This document shows positions 60,434 to 62,720 of a stretch of 62,720 nucleotides of DNA, piece by piece. Origin of the DNA: Promethearchaeia archaeon (GTDB taxonomy: Archaea; Asgardarchaeota; Lokiarchaeia; Sigyniarchaeales; SOKP01); the NCBI GenBank assembly GCA_029856105.1, contig JAHQWH010000013.1:1-62720 (forward strand), given 5' to 3'. Positions within the stretch are counted from its first letter, which is position 1; every line of letters begins with the position of its first letter. The notes beneath the pieces were generated by a model. The model ran no database searches. It saw only the letters and a program-made list of their open reading frames with translations, and had not been told where the DNA came from. A program made the translations under genes and the position numbers.

Positions 60434-62566
60434 TTAAAATCTCATGTCTTTACGCCTTTTAATTAAAATGGTAGCAACACCAACAAAGCCAACACCGGCA
60501 ATTAGTAGAATTAACGCCCAGAAGCCCTTAGCTTCGAACACCATGAACACGCTGAATGTAGGATCGTGCCATATTCCAGTTCCGTTATTAAACATTGGAA
60601 AACATACGGCATAAACCATAACATTGAAACTCATGTTCAAACTGATATCAGCAGCAAAAATTTCAACTTCATCAGGTGTACCTTCGAACGTCTCATGTTT
60701 ATCCACCTCAGCTTCAAATAAAGCAACTGGAAGTATGTTTGTGCTTGCTGGAGCAGTATCATTTGATATAATACTACCATAAATATAATCGGGTCCAGCA
60801 ATGTCAACAAAGTCTAACTTGTCTCTGATTTTCGGAGAGAGGTAATTGCCTATCTTTAGTTTATGGCTTGTTTCTTCGTAGTCATCGGCAGGGTCTAATA
60901 CATCGTTTGGATCTGCACCAAAAGTTTCGACGTTAAGGTGGAAGTGTAGTACGGTTGAAACGTAAATTATCGCTAAGTCTAAACCATCGATCGTATTAAT
61001 AGCATATGGTGCTGAAAGATCGTTCCAAGGAGCAAAAAATTGATCTAACTTAACGGCGCCATGTAAAACGGGTACAGTTCCTCCATCTATAGTGGGAAGG
61101 TCAATGAACTTTGGTTCGAAAGTAAATCCAAAGTGAATGTAGGCAAGAGATTCTTCAGAAGCTCCTAAGTACGAGTCTAAATCTACTCCAACTGGAACAG
61201 GAACAACAGTTGCTTGATCCATAGTTAAACCCCATGAGATTTTATTACCATCCTTAGTAGGTGACTCATAATTGAAATCACCAACTTCACCTAAAATTAA
61301 TCTGTGCGTAAGTTCTGAACTACATGGAACTTCTATTGTTTCTCCATTTAATAATATTGGATCGCCATCAGTATTATTTACTTGTACATAATTAGCAGAA
61401 AGTTTACCGTCTGGAGGTGTGATTCCACCATCAAGACTAGTATCGTTGTATAAGAAAGTGCCTGCTAAATGATGCGTGAATAAATAGAATTCAATGTCTA
61501 ACCCCTGAAAGATTTCGGCAGGGTTAACAGGATCGCTTGAACCGCCAACCAAGTTCATGATTGCTCCAACATCAATATGAATTTCAAAGTTTTTAACCCA
61601 AAATTGAATTAAATCAAAGGTAAACGAAGTAAAAATAGTTTCAAGTAATGGAATATCCTCAGTTTCAGTTAATAGCCATTCCATGTAACTATCTTTTTTA
61701 GCTTCTGCTGTGGCATTCCATGTGTCTAATAAATCGGTTCCACTTATGTTATGGCCCCCCATTGTCATTGAGTTGATTTCTATATCATCTCCATTACCAA
61801 TTTCCCAATCCTCAGTAACTTTCCACTTTTTTTGAATTTCGAAAGAAGGATCTGGGTCAATTGATAATTTTTGCCAAGTTATAGGATTTAATACAAATAA
61901 TTCTTCTCCAGTAAAGATATCGTTGATGTGAATTAAGAACCAAGTAATTAATTCGACGCCTTCCCTGATTAGTTCTTCAGGGATTTCTTCTACCATTGAA
62001 CCCTCCATGTAAGGTCTTACACTATGGAAAAAAGCGATTATTTTTTTCACTGCATTAACAAAAGAATTATCGTTGTCCCAAATAACCAAAGTAACTCCAG
62101 CACCATAGGTTAAAGTAAAATTATAAGATCCAGACTTTGTAACTTCGCAGTAGGCATAACCATGTTGAGTAAGATTTTCGACTCCTTCGTAATATTCGTA
62201 AGGGACCATATGAATCTCTTGTTCGCCTGAACCAAAATTTCTTTCATCAGAAACAGTTGATTCATTGAATGCGCTTAACACATAGACTCCAGGTAAAATT
62301 TCCTTACCACTGAAGTTGGTTAAGACCTGCATAAATAACAGATCAAAAACAGTTGCTAGTAAATTTCCTCCGTAACCTAATCCCCTAAAAATACTTCCAA
62401 AACCACCTGAAAACCCAGTAACGATATCAGATGGGTCTGTGATTCCGAATTGATCAAAAGCATAGTCGTTATCGTAATCGTATCCAGCTACCATCATTGG
62501 TGTGGCTGCAAAAGAAGCTACCATTAATGTTAAAACCATTAAGGTTTTAGTGTTTACTTTTTTCAT
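60434..62566 (-). CDS. Large acidic cell-surface protein (signal peptide, C-terminal TM anchor)
   Basis: N-terminal signal sequence; several N-x-S/T sequons; WHDPTF followed by TM helix and KRRK. Confidence 0.8.
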   Translation of the reverse strand: MKKVNTKTLMVLTLMVASFAATPMMVAGYDYDNDYAFDQFGITDPSDIVTGFSGGFGSIFRGLGYGGNLLATVFDLLFMQVLTNFSGKEILPGVYVLSAFNESTVSDERNFGSGEQEIHMVPYEYYEGVENLTQHGYAYCEVTKSGSYNFTLTYGAGVTLVIWDNDNSFVNAVKKIIAFFHSVRPYMEGSMVEEIPEELIREGVELITWFLIHINDIFTGEELFVLNPITWQKLSIDPDPSFEIQKKWKVTEDWEIGNGDDIEINSMTMGGHNISGTDLLDTWNATAEAKKDSYMEWLLTETEDIPLLETIFTSFTFDLIQFWVKNFEIHIDVGAIMNLVGGSSDPVNPAEIFQGLDIEFYLFTHHLAGTFLYNDTSLDGGITPPDGKLSANYVQVNNTDGDPILLNGETIEVPCSSELTHRLILGEVGDFNYESPTKDGNKISWGLTMDQATVVPVPVGVDLDSYLGASEESLAYIHFGFTFEPKFIDLPTIDGGTVPVLHGAVKLDQFFAPWNDLSAPYAINTIDGLDLAIIYVSTVLHFHLNVETFGADPNDVLDPADDYEETSHKLKIGNYLSPKIRDKLDFVDIAGPDYIYGSIISNDTAPASTNILPVALFEAEVDKHETFEGTPDEVEIFAADISLNMSFNVMVYAVCFPMFNNGTGIWHDPTFSVFMVFEAKGFWALILLIAGVGFVGVATILIKRRKDMRF

Positions 62567-62720
62567 TATTTATGATCACATTAAATTTTTTTAAAAAATT
62601 AATTTATTAAAATAATAAATAAAATCTATATTTTTAATAGTTTATATTCTAGGCAATTAGAAATTTCAAAATCAAGAGTTTTAGTAGCAATAAGTTTCGC
62701 TTTTTTTATTCTATCCGGCA

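Overview
AT-rich archaeal chromosome segment, very probably from an Asgard archaeon of the Lokiarchaeia type. Evidence for that: four Rab-like small GTPases, longin- and V4R-type proteins, CDC48, archaeal TBP, PSTK, deoxyhypusine synthase and a reductive dehalogenase. Host-type genes occupy 1-2754 and 31349-62720. Between them lies a ~28.5 kb island with no integrase, almost all on the minus strand. Its apparent backbone is an IS91/SNJ1-RepA-like HUH rolling-circle protein, a membrane HerA/FtsK-type ATPase, RHH- and AbrB-like regulators, GC-rich hairpin regions and repeated operator/dif-like motifs. Its cargo is dense defence genes: a cGAS/OAS-like CD-NTase with no canonical effector, an OLD nuclease, a type IIG R-M enzyme, a PARIS-like pair, a KAP NTPase, HEPN, HNH and PD-(D/E)XK nucleases, and a two-glycosylase operon. 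Most notable: the OLD nuclease and the R-M enzyme flanking the CD-NTase both end in PCNA-binding PIP-box-like motifs, suggesting a sliding-clamp-tethered defence module. In the host part there is a duplicated TATA element before tbp and evidence for ATA/ATT start codons. All family calls come from reading motifs by eye; no searches were run.
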